A stretch of DNA of 52,583 nt. Origin: Jimgerdemannia flammicorona (taxonomy: Eukaryota). Positions within the stretch are counted from its first letter, which is position 1. Each line of letters starts with the position of its first letter. The notes beneath the pieces were generated by a model. The model did not search any database. It was given only the letters and a program-made list of their open reading frames with translations, and was not told the origin of the DNA. The position numbers were made by a program, and so were the translations under genes. The stretch lies in the NCBI GenBank assembly GCA_003990765.1, contig RBNJ01000020.1:1-52583 (forward strand), read 5' to 3'. This document shows positions 37,230 to 50,347 of this stretch, in pieces.

Positions 37230-38045
37230 TACTGGAAGTACTCTCTGATCACCAGAAATGCCCTCCGACCACCAGAAGCACCCTCTGACTACCAGAAGCA
37301 CCCTCTGCCCCAGACTCCTTAGTGGCTTGGGACTGCCCTTATACTGCTGGTAGAGGGTTACAAATTTTACACACTCTCTCTGCCTGCCCTGCCTATCCTG
37401 GATACTTGCAGCTTGGGGCTGTCTCTTGCTGCTGGTGGAGGGCTGCAAATTTTGCATGCTCCCTTGCCAACCCCATGCCCACCAACCCCACTGACTGATC
37501 CCACCCACTGACCCAGATGCTGACAGCTTGGGGCTGCCTCTTGCTGCTGGCAGAGGGCTGCAAATTTTGCATGCTCCTTCTGTCTGCCCCATCTGTCCTG
37601 AATACTTACAGCTTGGGGCTGCCCCTTGCTGCCAGCAGAGAGCTACAAATTTTGCGCACTCTCTCTGCTGACCCTATACCCACTAACCCTGCTGACTGAC
37701 TCTGCCCACTGACCTGGGTGCTGACAGCTTGGGGCTACCTCTTGCTACTAGTGAAGGACTGCAAGTTTTGCACACTCCCTCCACCAATCCCCCCTCTGCC
37801 AACCCTCCCTCTGCCAACCCCCCCTCTGTCAACCCCCCTGACTGAGACACTTGTTGCTTAGGGCTGCCCCTTGCTACTGGCAGAGAGCTGCAAATTTTGT
37901 GTGCTCCCTCCACTGACCCTGCACCCACCCACTAACCTGCCCACCAACCTGGGCACTGATAGCTTGGGGCTGTCCCTTGCTGCTAGTGGAGGGCCACAAA
38001 CATTGCATGCTCTCTCTGCCACTACCACCAACCCCACCAACCACT
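37230..38045. repeat. Internal GC-rich repeat block: ~21-bp units, then 5-6 units of ~80-125 bp with core GCTTGGGGCTGCCCCTTGCTGC...GCAAATTTTG
   Basis: Visible tandem units; the counterpart in copy 2 (~47290-48040) has different copy numbers. Confidence 0.85.
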
Positions 38046-38172
38046 GTCCACTTGGACCACAAACTCTGGGCCAAGTTCTCAGGGTTTTTTACCTTTTTAT
38101 TATTTTTGAAAGGTATTAAATATTCTACAAGACCAACCAACTTATCTGTAAACCCCCAGAACCTACCGAATT

Positions 38173-40775
38173 TTAGTGGCCCAAGCCCCACTAAGACTTC
38201 AGACACATATACACCTGGATTGTCTCAGCATTCAGTGCACATCTCTTTGGGGCAATGAGGTCCACCCCACCTGAGAATACTCACTTGATGGGAGCACTAG
38301 AGGCAGGAATTGCCAGGTAGTCCCAAGCTATACCACACAGGCTGGGGAAGTCTATTTGATATAGCTACATGCCCCAGTGGGTAGAGCAGTGGTTAGATTA
38401 GTCGATTAAATTGGCCCAATGCCCATCTGACAACCCACCTTCCACCAGTTGAGCATCTCCACACCCTCCAGCAGGATCACACGATCACTGATGAGGTAAA
38501 TGATAAGTTCATCTATTGATGACAGCTCTTCCACTAATGGCTCCCTCTTCCTCTTTCTGCTGAAGTAAATGTGAGACAGAAGGGATCTCTCAGCATATTC
38601 ATCCAGACTTCAGCCAGAACCTTGTAGTGGTATATAGTTTTTCTGATATACTTTGATTATGGCCTACTTGGTTCTCTCAATGAAGTACTGCTCCCAGCCC
38701 TGATCTTTATGGTATTATAGCTTTAAGTGTAGGTCCAGCACTGTTTGAAGAAAAGAAAAGAGTGAGTTTTTGTGGGGGTTTCTCTGTTTTGGAAGAGGCA
38801 ATGGCCATATGTTAATATCGACATATCTGTACTGATTGAGTATATGGTAGTATCTGTTTGAGAGTAGTACTTTCTGAGCTTGCTAAGAGTAACCTCCATG
38901 GCATCTCTCTGATCCAGACTCAATCATAAATTACTACAATTCTCCAGCCTGTCCTCAAGCTTGTCTTCTAGCCAGTCAATCAGAAGGTTGTATACTGGTA
39001 TTGCTGAGCTTATTGTTAGGGTCGTTTGTTTGACTATATCCTTCATACAATTATCAAAACACTGGCAGTTATATGTGGTGAGGTGTTGCATTGTATGGAG
39101 GCAGACAAAATGAGTATAGAGGCTGACAAAATGAGTGTAGAGCCAGAGCAATCACCACTTACTTCCAAAACTCTGACAACATTCCTAAGTATGTCCCACT
39201 CACTTTCACCTAGAGCCTCAGTCCATATTTCCTTATCAGCAGTCACTGTTGAATCTATTGGCTTTTTTTGTTTTTTGTTTTTTTTAAAATAAATCTTCAA
39301 TTATCCAAAACAAGTTGCTTTAGCCAACTGAAGAAAAAAAGGACACATACTACAGCAAACTCCAGCATGTACTAGATCATTGCAAATTTTGAGTTCCAAT
39401 ATATACAGATGTCCAATATAAGCTCTTTTGGGGCTAAACTGATTGCCCTACACTGCATAGTGAATTTGTCTCATTATTGTGGGAATGATCAGACTGATAC
39501 AACTAGTTTGTGCAGCTTGGAAATTATACTCAGGGCCCCTCCTCTCTTGGATGTTTTGTCTATGTGTGTAAGATAGTCCTGAATAGCGAGGTTCAGTACA
39601 TGGACCTGGCATTGTACATGGTAGCTTTCTGCACTGAAGGCCATGTTTTCCTGTTTGAGGCTGGCTGCTAAAACTTTGAAAAATGTTGAGTTATTTGTAG
39701 TATTGTCTGTCATAATGGCTAAAATCTGTACTTGAAATATTCAGTTGACAAATTTATATGAAAATAAATAACTAATAAAATCTGGTTTATTTTAAGACTT
39801 CTCTCAAAATATTGACCTAATGGCAAGCCCCCCTTTTTTTACCTTGGTTGTAATCCCAAGCTCCTGGATATAACTAATAAAAGCCTGCAATGTTGTCTCT
39901 AGAATGAGGGCCAGCAAGTTTGATAAAGTCAAGGATGAGAGATTTAAGCTGCCAATCAAGGTCAATCCAATGACTGGTAATGCCCAGAAATGAAATTGCA
40001 TTGAGAGATATCCATGTGTTGATTATAAACGAAATTTTGTCTGCCAAATTCTGCTTATTGAATGTGAGGTTAAATTAGTGAGCTCTTTTATATAATTTAG
40101 CTTACAAAGGTCATGGTGCTGCCCTTATTTTATCTGAAGTATCTGGTGGAGATTATCATGCTCCTTTCTATAGGCCTCCAGGATATCTTTACAAATAGTA
40201 TCAGTATTTGGCAAATATAAATCATGCTTGAGGAGACCAAAGATACTATGCAATTGATCACTCTTGATGGTTGTGAATGGCTGGTCTGTATATACAATCC
40301 AGTGAATGAGCTGATTTCGAAATTCTACTAAAGAGTATGGCTAAATATTTTTGATTAAATGGCATTATTGGTACAGAAATGGTTAGGCAATCAGATAAAC
40401 ATACCCACTACAGCTTGGATGTCAATTTTATTTGTCTCTATGTTCTTTTTAATTTTGTTAGAGTACTTATCTTTTATGTGTTGATTCATGTTCGAAGTTG
40501 TACTACCAAGCATTTTGAACTTCTGGCTGGTGCAGTTTATGGAGGTAGATGAAACAATATCATGTATGTGTCAAAACAAAAAGTGTCAATAAGTGTATCT
40601 TAATTTTTTACCTGCAATAATTACAAACAACATCATCTCCTATCTTAGCACAATGTTGCCAGATTTCAGAGTGAGGATTGCATGGAAGGTGTGAAACTAT
40701 CAGAGATGTTTAACTTGAAGCATCATCAGTACTGTGAACTGTTGAAGACTGATCTGTCGATATGTGTGTTTGCAT
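38173..40775 (-). pseudogene. hAT transposase, multi-intron, degenerate
   Basis: BED finger (SEIWQH...CNYC...STTSNMNQH); DTW.SLN..SFLGITSHWID; MTDNTTN; CQVHVLNLA; WNS; C-terminal dimerisation domain WWK...FPSL...DYLAIPASSAP...FS. Confidence 0.92.
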
Positions 40776-40859
40776 GTTTGCATGTGCATGTGTATGCATG
40801 TGTATATTGTATATGCATGTGTATGTATTGTGTTGTAGACACATCTGGTATATAAGTCA

Positions 40860-41200
40860 TGTGGAGGATTTGGATTGGAGGATTTGGTTGAAGGATTTGG
40901 ATGAGGATTCAGATTGAAGGATTCAAATTGGAGGATTCAAATTAGAGAATTCAAATTGGAGAATTCAAATTGGAGGATTTGGATTGAGTAATTCAGATTG
41001 AGTGATTCAGATTGAGTGATTTGAATTGAGTGATTCAGATTGAGTAATTCGGATTGGGGTGGTTCAGATGGGTGATTCAGATGGGGTAATTTGGATGGGG
41101 TAATTCAGATTAATCTGAGTTGATTCAGATGGCTTCAGATTTGAGATTCAGATCAAACCATCATATGATGAATCAAATCTGGATTTGATTTGAATTGACT
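40860..41200. repeat. hAT 5' subterminal repeats (GATTCAAATTGGAG / GATTCAGATTGAGT, ~14 bp)
   Basis: Many degenerate tandem copies; mirrored at 42930-43295. Confidence 0.85.
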
Positions 41201-43364
41201 TATTCAGAGCACTATTCACTACTATACTTCTCTGAGAGAATGTAGTTATTTAGTAATATAATCATATTATGACTACTACTATCTATTTGAATACAAGAAT
41301 CCAAGATTGGAAATTCTTCAAAAAGGCCCTTCACTAGCAGTTTAAGTCTACTAATGCTACTAAGCTAGCCTGAGATAAGCTAGCAAATATCAAGCAACTC
41401 AAGTCTATATAAAGTTATAATATATAATTTCTGTCAATTTTACTTAAACTATCAGTAATATCTAAAGATAAAAAGATAGACTATTATATCTGAGGCCTAG
41501 AAGGAAATACATAAGTCAAGGTCAAGTTAGAAGAGTTACAGACCCTTAATAAAGCTATATATGAGAATTACTAATAGGTTTGATATTATCATTTTTGGTA
41601 ACTACTTTAAGTCAGAGTACTATAAGAAGAACTATTTTGAGAACTATTATAAGAACTAACTCAAAGCAGTTGATCTAGCAGTAGATCTAGATATGTATAA
41701 TAAATAAGAAAAATACTAAGTTTACTTCAGAAGAAAAGAAATATCTGAAGAAATTAGAGCTTATTTCTTCTATTACTAAATAGAATACATTACAACCAAA
41801 TATCCTAAGAGGACCAGTAAATCTTCAAGATCAGTTACTATATTATCTAAAGATATACTTATTAACTCCACTACTAGTTAATCTAAACTCAAAATTAAGA
41901 AGCTTTATTCAAAGGCTCAGATTTCTCAATATTAATTAGAAGGAGTCATTGGTCTTGACCTATACTCTATCAAGTAAGTCACTATTTTAGCTAAAGACTA
42001 AACTCTAATATCTACTGGAATTGTAGTTCAATGTTCTAAAGGATATTATATCAGAATTGTACTATAATCAGGACTTAGTATCAAATATCATTTAGATATT
42101 AGTACTAGTATCATTAATTCAGACTATTGAGAACAAGTTTAAGTCTTACTTATTAATTAAAAAGATTGATTAAAGAAGAAGACCAAGTCACACAAATGAT
42201 CCTAAAAAAAGCCAGTTAATCTAAGATTACAGAAGTCTAAGAGCTATCTAAAACTAAGTGAGATCAAAAAGGTTTTAATAGTACTGATTAAGCAGTAAGT
42301 CTTACTGAAAATTAAGCTCAAGCTATGCTCATTTTCAAAGATCTAGTTAAAGAAAAAGAAGTTCAAGTACTCATAGACAATAGAGCTATGGAAAACTTCA
42401 TTAACTAGAACCTCATCAAAAACCTCAAGATCCTCACTAAGCCTATACTCCAAGAATGATAGTATAGTAACTATAGATAGTATACTATATCCTATTGAGT
42501 CAATTGCAGCCAAACTATTTATCAAGATTCAGAAATATTAAGAATGAGTAAACTTCAAGGTTACACTACTAGAAGATCATGATTTGATCTTAGAAAAACT
42601 CTAGCTTACTAAATACAATCCAAATATTAATTGATGCAAAAATGAAGTTACTCTACTTTAAGAAAGAGTCAATATTACTATCAAGATAGACAAGTTTATG
42701 AACAAACCCCAGATTGTAATACTCTCAACAATATAGTATAAGAAAGTACTCAAGAAGACAGTACATATCTTTGTTGTAATTGTCTATCTCAAGAAATAAG
42801 ACAAAAAGCTATCTGGTCTACCCCATATATAAGAAGTTGATTACAAAATTAAACTGATACCAGAAGCTATACTATCTAAGAAATATATATACTATATATC
42901 ACCTCTCAAGATTAGTGCTCTGAATGAGTCAATTTGAATCAAATCCAGATTTAATTCATCACATAACAGTTTGATCCAAATCTCAAATCTGAAGCTATCT
43001 GAATCAAATTGGATTAATCTGAATCACTTCATCTGAATTACTCCATCCAAATTACTCATCTGAATCACTCTATCCAAACTACCCTATCCAAACCACTCAA
43101 TTCAAATCACTTAATTTGAATCACTTAATCCAAATTACTTAATCCAAATCACTCAATCTGAATCACTCAATCTGAATCCTCCAATTTGAATTCTCCAATT
43201 TGAATCCTCCAATTCAAATCCTCCAATTTGAATTCTTCAATCTGAATCCTCATCCAAATCCTTCAACTGAATCCTCTAATTCAAATCCTCCACATGACTC
43301 ATATGCTGGACATATCCACATATACAATATATATATATATAAACATATATATGTACATGCAAAC

Positions 43365-46300
43365 ATGCAAACATACATATCAACAGATCAGTCTTCAATA
43401 GTTCACAGTACTAATGATGCTTCAAGTCAAACATCTCTGATAGTTCCACACTTTCTATACAATTCTTACTCCAAAATCTAGTAATATTATACTAAGATAG
43501 GAAATAATATTATTTATAATTATTGCAGGTAAAAAATTAAGATGCATCTATTAATATAACTGATACTTTTGTTTGATATACATATGATACTATTTCATCC
43601 ATCCCCATAAACTGCACCAGCCAGAAGTTCAAAATGCTTAGTGGTACAACTTTGAACATATATTAATATATAAAAGACAAGTACTCTAACAAAATCAAAA
43701 AGAACATAGAGATAAATAAAATTGATATCCAAGCTGTAGTGGGTACAACCATCTGATTGTCTGATCATTTCTATACTAATAACTCTGTTTAATCAAAAAT
43801 ATTTAGCCATACTCTTCAGCAGAATTTCGAAATTGGCTCATTTGCTGAATTGTATGCACAGACCAGCTATTTACAACTATCAAGAGTGATTAATTATATA
43901 GTATCTTTTGGCCTCCTCAAGCATGATTTATATTTACCAAGTACCAATATTATTCACAAAGATATCCTGGAGACCTATAGGAAGGAGCATAACATCATCA
44001 GATACTTCAGGTAAAATAAGAGCAGTACTATAACCTTTGCAAGCTGAATTATATATATTTTTTTATAAAGAGCTCACCAATGTAATCTTACTTTTTTTTT
44101 TTTTTTTTTTTTTTTTTCTACACTTATTTATTCCAAACATAGTTATATAGTGAACAGTGGAAAAACATTCTCCAGATTACCTGACAAGAAAGTAAGTGGG
44201 GTCAGACCCTAAAAAGAGTAGCCTCAGACTACCCGATACCTAACCTTAGCAAAGCCAAGATAGCCAGGGCCTGGTTCTCTCTGCCCTAAGCTGCTCCCAC
44301 CCCCCTCTCTCTGCTAATAACAATGCCTTACCAAGACCACAACCAGCCCCCTCATACAAATAATATATATAATGTAGAGAAATAAAACAGCATGCAGGCC
44401 TGATAAATTCCCAACCATGAGTTACTCTACCTCACCTTGGCTGCCTTGTATCAGCCTATATACTTAATGAATGGGTCTATCATCCAACTGCTGCTCTCTC
44501 TGCCCAACTTTGAGTTAGAAGTCACTATCTGGTTTGTGACACCAGTACCTCAAGTGACACTGCCATCATACCTGGTCTTACCTTAAAGGACTGCTGGATG
44601 CGACCCCAGTACCTCAAGTACTCCTATAGCATTTATCTGACCTACCAGCTCCTCCCTCTCCAAAGTGGCAAGTAGTTACCCTGCTGATCTCCCTGCTGAT
44701 CATCACACCATCACCAGCCAATTACTTGGCCCAATCATCACTATCATCTTGAATCACACCATCCTATATCTACCAATTACTAGTTGCCATCACTATATGC
44801 ATTGAGATCATCTCATCCACCTTAGTCAATCATCAGCTATATCTTCTAAAATTCTCTGAGCCCCTTCCGAAATCACCTAGTACACCTCTACACCTTGAGG
44901 ATACAGTGAGAGTCTCTCCCCTGAGTGCCTAAGGGCCTGACCCATTTCCCCCAGTCTGCTAGAGCACACTAGTAAATCGGATGCTCACTACAAAGTCAGT
45001 CATATTGTTGGATGTAAGACTCCACATCTCCTTGAGATCTTTCCAGTGGCTCCCAGAGCCTACATTGCACCATCTGGCCCACAAAATGATAAACTCTTGA
45101 TTTCTTGGGAAACTGTAGCCTTGAGGTTGGGGTAACTCAACACTATTAGACTTCTCTTCTCTTACCACTTCTAGTACACCCAACCTCAGGGCACTAATGG
45201 CTCCCCTTCTCCTGCACTATAGAGATCTAATTTCCACTCAGACCTTTTGACCAGTATAGTTTGAGAGAAAGAGGTCCCAATGTAACCTTATATTCAATAA
45301 GCAGAATTTAGCAGGAAAAATTTTGTTTATAATTGATACATGGACATTCTCCAATGTAATTTCATTTCTGGGTATTACTAGTCATTAGATTGACCTTGAT
45401 TGGTAGCTTAAATCTCTCACCCTTAATTTTGTCAAACTTGCTAGTTCACATTCTGGAAACAATATCATAGATACTTTTATTAGTTGTATCTGGAAGCTTG
45501 GGATCACAACCAAGGTAAAAAAGAAGAGCTTGCCATTAAGTCAACATTTTGAGAGAGATCCTAAAACAAAACAGATTTTATTGGTTATTTATTTTTGTAT
45601 AAATTTGCTGACCAAATATTTCAAGTACAGATTTTGGCCATTATAATACTATAAACAACTCAATATTTTTTCAAGTTTTAGCAACCAGTCTCAAATAAGA
45701 AAATGTAGCCTTTAGTACAGAAAGCTGTCATATATAATACCAGGCCCATATACTAAACCTCACTATTCAGGACTATCATATATATATAGACAAAATATCT
45801 GAGAGAGGAGGGGCCCTGAGTATAATTTTCAAGCTATGCAAACTGGTTGTATTGATCTGATCATCTCCACAATGATGAGACAAATTTGCTGTACAGTGTA
45901 GAGTAATCAGTTTAGCCCCAAAAGAGCTTATATTGGATATCTGTACACATTGGAACTCAACATTTATAATGATCCAGCATGTGCTGGAGTTTGCTGTAGT
46001 ATGCATCCTTTTTTTCTTCAGTTGGCTGAAGTAACTTATTTCAGATAATTGAAGATTTTTTTTTTTTTAAAAAAAAAAAAAACAAAAAAAGCCAATAGAT
46101 TCAACAGTAACTATTGATAAGGAAATATGGGGCAAGGCTCTAAGTGAAAGCAAGTGGGACATACTTAGGAATACTATTAGAGTTTTAGAAGTAAGTAGTG
46201 ATTGCTCTGACTTTATACTTATTTTGTCTATCTCTGCACAATGCAATACCTCACTACATATAACTACCAGTGTTTTGACAATTATATAAAGGATTTAGTC

Positions 46301-47150
46301 AAACAAATGATCTCAACAATAAGCTCTACAATACCAGTATATAATCTTCTGATTGATTGGCTAGAGAATAAGCTTGAGGACAGACTAGAGGGTTGTAGTG
46401 ATTTATAGTTAAGCCCAGATCAGAGAGATACCATAGAGATTACTCTAAGTAAGCTCAGAAAATACTACTTCAAAACAGATACCACTATATACTCAATCAG
46501 TATAGATATGTCAGTATGTGACCATTGTCCCTTCCAAAATAGATAAACTCCTACAAAAACTCACTTTCTTTTCTCTGAATAGTACTAGACCTATGCTTAA
46601 AGCTACAATATCATAAATATCAGGGCTGAGAGCAGTACTTCATTAAGAGAACCAAGTAGGCTGTAATCGAAGTATACTAGAAAAACTATATGCCACTGCA
46701 AGGTTCTGGCTGAAGTCTAGATGAATATGCTAAGGGATCCCACCTGTTCTATATTTACTTCAGTAGAAAGAAGAAGAGAGAGCTATCAGTGGAAGAGCTG
46801 CCATCAATAGACAAACTTATCATTTACTTTATCAGCAACCATATGATTCTGCTGGAGGGTGTAGAGGTACTTAACTGGTAGAAGGTGGGTTGTCAGGTGG
46901 GTGTTGGGCCAATTTAACCTACCAATCTAACCACTGCTCTATCTACTGGGGCATGCAACTGCATCAAATGGACTTCTCCAGCCTATATAGTATGGCTTAG
47001 GACTACTTGGCAATTCCTGCCTCTAGTACTCTCATTGAGTGAGTATTCTCAGATAGGGTGGACCTTGTTGCCCCAAAGAAGTATATGCTGAATGCTGAGA
47101 CAATTCAGATGTATATGTATCTGAAGTCTTGGTGGGACTTAGGCTACTAA
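43365..47150 (+). pseudogene. hAT transposase, copy 2
   Basis: Collinear reverse complement of 38173-40775, interrupted at 44092-45276. Confidence 0.9.
44092..45276 (-). mobile_element. 5'-truncated non-LTR retroposon (LINE-like 3' end)
   Basis: 26-nt poly(T) at 44092-44117; AATAAA complement at ~44126; ~15-bp TSD CCAATGTAA(T/C)CTTA(C/T) at 44077-44091 and 45277-45291; absent from hAT copy 1. No protein domain confidently recognised. Confidence 0.8.
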
Positions 47151-48300
47151 AATTTGATAGATCCTGGGGGTTCATAGATAAGTTGGTTAGCCTTAAGGAA
47201 TATTTAATACCTTTAAAAATAAAAGGAAAAAAAACCTGAAGACTCAGCCTGGAGTTTGTAGTCTAAGTGAAACAGTAGTTAGTAGGATTGATAGTGGCAG
47301 AGAGAGCATGCAAAATTTATAGTCCTCTGTCAGCAACAAGGGGCAGCTCCAAGCTGTCAGTGTCCCAAGCTATCAGTGTTCAGATCAGTGAGCAGGTCAG
47401 TGGGCATGGAGTTGGTAGAGAGAGCATGCAAAATTTACAGCCCTTCACTGGTAGCAAGGGGCAGCCCCAAGCTGCAAATGTCCAGGACAGAGAGATTGGT
47501 AGAGGGGGGGGGGGTAGGTGGAGGGAGCATGCAAAATTTGTGGCCCTCTACCAGCAGCAAGGAGTAGCCCCAAGCTATCAGTGCCCAGATCAGTGGGTGG
47601 AGTTGGTTGATAAAGTCAGTAAGTATGGAGTTGGTGAAGAGAATGCACAAAATTTTTAGCTCTTTGCTGATAGCAAGGAGCAGCCCCAAGCCACAAGTAT
47701 CTGGGACAGGTGGGACAGGTGGAGGGAGCATACAAAATTTGTAATACCAGTAGCATAGAGCTCCCCCCAGTAGTCTGTGTCCAGGCTGGGGTCAGCAGGG
47801 TTGGCAGAGGGAGTGTACAAAATTTGCAGCCCTCTAGGGATAGCCCCAAGCTACCAAGAAGTCTGAGTCTAGATCAGAGAGTGCTTCTGGCAGTCAGAGG
47901 GTACTTCTGGTGGTCAGAGGATACTTCTAGTAGTCAGAGGACATTTCCAGTGATCAAAGGATACTTCTGGTAGTCAGAGGGTACTTCTGGCAGTTGGAGG
48001 ACATTTCCAGTGATTAGAGGATACTTCTGGTAGTCGAAGTCCACCACAGATTTGGGCCCCATTACTGGTTTGGGTCCTATGGACACCCTGGCCCTGCACT
48101 ACAGTACCACATCAGTAGCACTATAAGAGCAGGGCCAAGGAGCTGATAGGGCCCAGTATAATGGCTAAACTAGTACTACAGAAGAGGTGCTTAGCTACTA
48201 GCCCAACCCACACAAAATAACTACCAAACTCTCATAAAAGATTGCCTAACCCTTATGAAAGATTGCCTAACCCTCACAAAAACTGCTCCACCTGCTAGTC

Positions 48301-50347
48301 TCAGGCCTTAATAAGTCTGTTATCTATTGTGAGTATAACAACTGTTGTATCTGAGCTCTCCTCAAAGGTGATGGTACCATAGTAGTCATGTGGTTGGAAT
48401 AGAACAGCTATATTGGCTACAAATGGGACCCTGAAACCATAGGTGAGGTTATACCAGACTCTGCTGCTATCCTTCTAGATTGGGCCCTTTCTTTCTGGAA
48501 TATAGAATATTACTGAGATGATGTTATTGTCTGTGTGTATGGATAGAGAAATATTTCACCTAACATATCCTGATATAACATGAGTGTATAGTTGGGTGAA
48601 CTCTTGGCCCAGGACCTCATACTGCCAGACTGTACTGGTAGATATCTGCTCTTGATCCAGCCCCAAGAGCCTTGACTTGGAAATCTGTCAGACAGATGAC
48701 ATTCAGTCAGTCCTTTTTGCATATAGGGGGCAGAAACTCTCTGGGCTGCAGCACCCAAAAAAAGCAGAGCTCCTCACCTCATATGATATGCTAAATTGTG
48801 CTAAGAATATATATACAGCTGTGCTAAGATCACCATCAAGCTGGCTTATCATATGCTCTACCAATCTGCTCAAAGAACCCCAGATCATAGCTACTATTAC
48901 CATATAGGCTGTATTATACTTGCTCATAGTTTGCTCTTTGACAGTACTTCTAAAGTTCTGGTAGGGGTACAGAATCTTGTGTATCTCTAGAATTGTGTCA
49001 AAAAGATTATGTCAGCAAAGAGTGTGATTATCTGGGGAGAAGTAAAAAAAAGAGAGATAAGTGTGAGAGATTTCAGAACTCTGGAACCCACTCTTTGCCA
49101 GTATTATAGTATACTCAATTTCCATCCAAACCCTCTCTCCTTACTTTTTTCACCCCCTCTTTTCTGCCATCTGGTATTTGATACAATCCTCACAAACCTC
49201 ATTGATGTGGCAGTAAAGCTTGTTGCTATAGAGATTCCTTACCACCATCGCAATCATCTCTCTGTATTTATTAATAATAATATAGTTCTTTTCATCATTG
49301 GTTACTCCTACTGGCCAATAGACCCCTTGGTCAAGAATGATTGGCTCTGATTTAAATATAGACCCCCAAGCCTTGATGATAATACTAGTACTGCTTATGC
49401 TGAACATATTGTCCTTGAATTTCTCTATTTGATCAGACATTAGATATGGTTAAACTCAAGTAACTTTAAACTCTCCTTTTCAATAAAACTGAGCCCTGAT
49501 CTGAGAGACTGAGATAAGTATACAGATGGGTTACATATGGATAGATTGCATGTAGATAGGTTGCATACAGATGAGTTGTATATGGGCAAGTTACATGTAG
49601 ACAGGTTGCATGTAGATGTGGGTGTTTTTAGGAGGAAACTATATAAAAAATGAAGTTAAATAAAATACAGAGATGGATATTTTAGAAAAAGAGTATGAGT
49701 GAGTAAGTGAGTGAGTTGCATGCCAACAAGTTATATGCTGATAAGTTGCATGAGTTATATAAGATTGCTCATGAAGGCTTACTTCTGTTCCTTTTTAGAC
49801 CTCTGCTACTCAATGCATTAACTCAATAGCTCAGCCACCAAAGATATACTCTGCAATGTCTGTCAGCCTTTCTTCATCTTGACCAGATATTGCAAATAAA
49901 GTCAGCAGATCTTGCCATAGAGCTGCAGACCCTAAGAAAAGTATGAGGTGAATTGGATCATACTGGGGAAATTTAAATAAACACAAGTGAATAAGTAGTG
50001 GCAGAGTGAGCAATCTACATCTACTATTGGCTGCTCCAAAAAGGCTGCTATATATATAGCTATGAGGTCTGTAAATTCCAAGATCTGAAGGACTACCATG
50101 AGTTGTTGTTGGAATTCTCTCTCATCCCCATCATTACCACTGCTATTGCTATCACCATCACCACTACTATTGCCCCTTTGGCTCTTGATGAGCAGCTTGT
50201 ATACTGCCCATATGAGAAAAAAATTAATATTGTCAGTAGAGAATGTGTTTTCACCTCAAATACTCTCTCTTTTAATAATTATTGCAGAGTAAAAAATGAA
50301 TAGACTGGACCAATGTACAATTAAGAGCTGCTGCTTTTTTTACTTAT
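48301..50347 (-). pseudogene. hAT passenger gene copy 2 (TET/JBP-like)
   Basis: Reads ISLSIHTDNN...WYNLTYGFRVPFVANIAVLFQPHDYYGT. HxD at 48529-48537; the His-to-Tyr changes are C-to-T. Confidence 0.58.

Larger units (their letters stand above)
34605..41214 (-). mobile_element. hAT DNA transposon copy 1 (6.6 kb) with a convergent passenger gene
   Basis: TIRs TA(T/G)TGCTCTGAA; perfect 8-bp TSD TTCACTAC (34597-34604 and 41215-41222); subterminal short repeats. Confidence 0.95.

Noticed and set aside
37320-38045. CRISPR-like repeat-spacer array
   Set aside because: Degenerate repeats, spacers related to each other, eukaryotic TE context, no cas genes.
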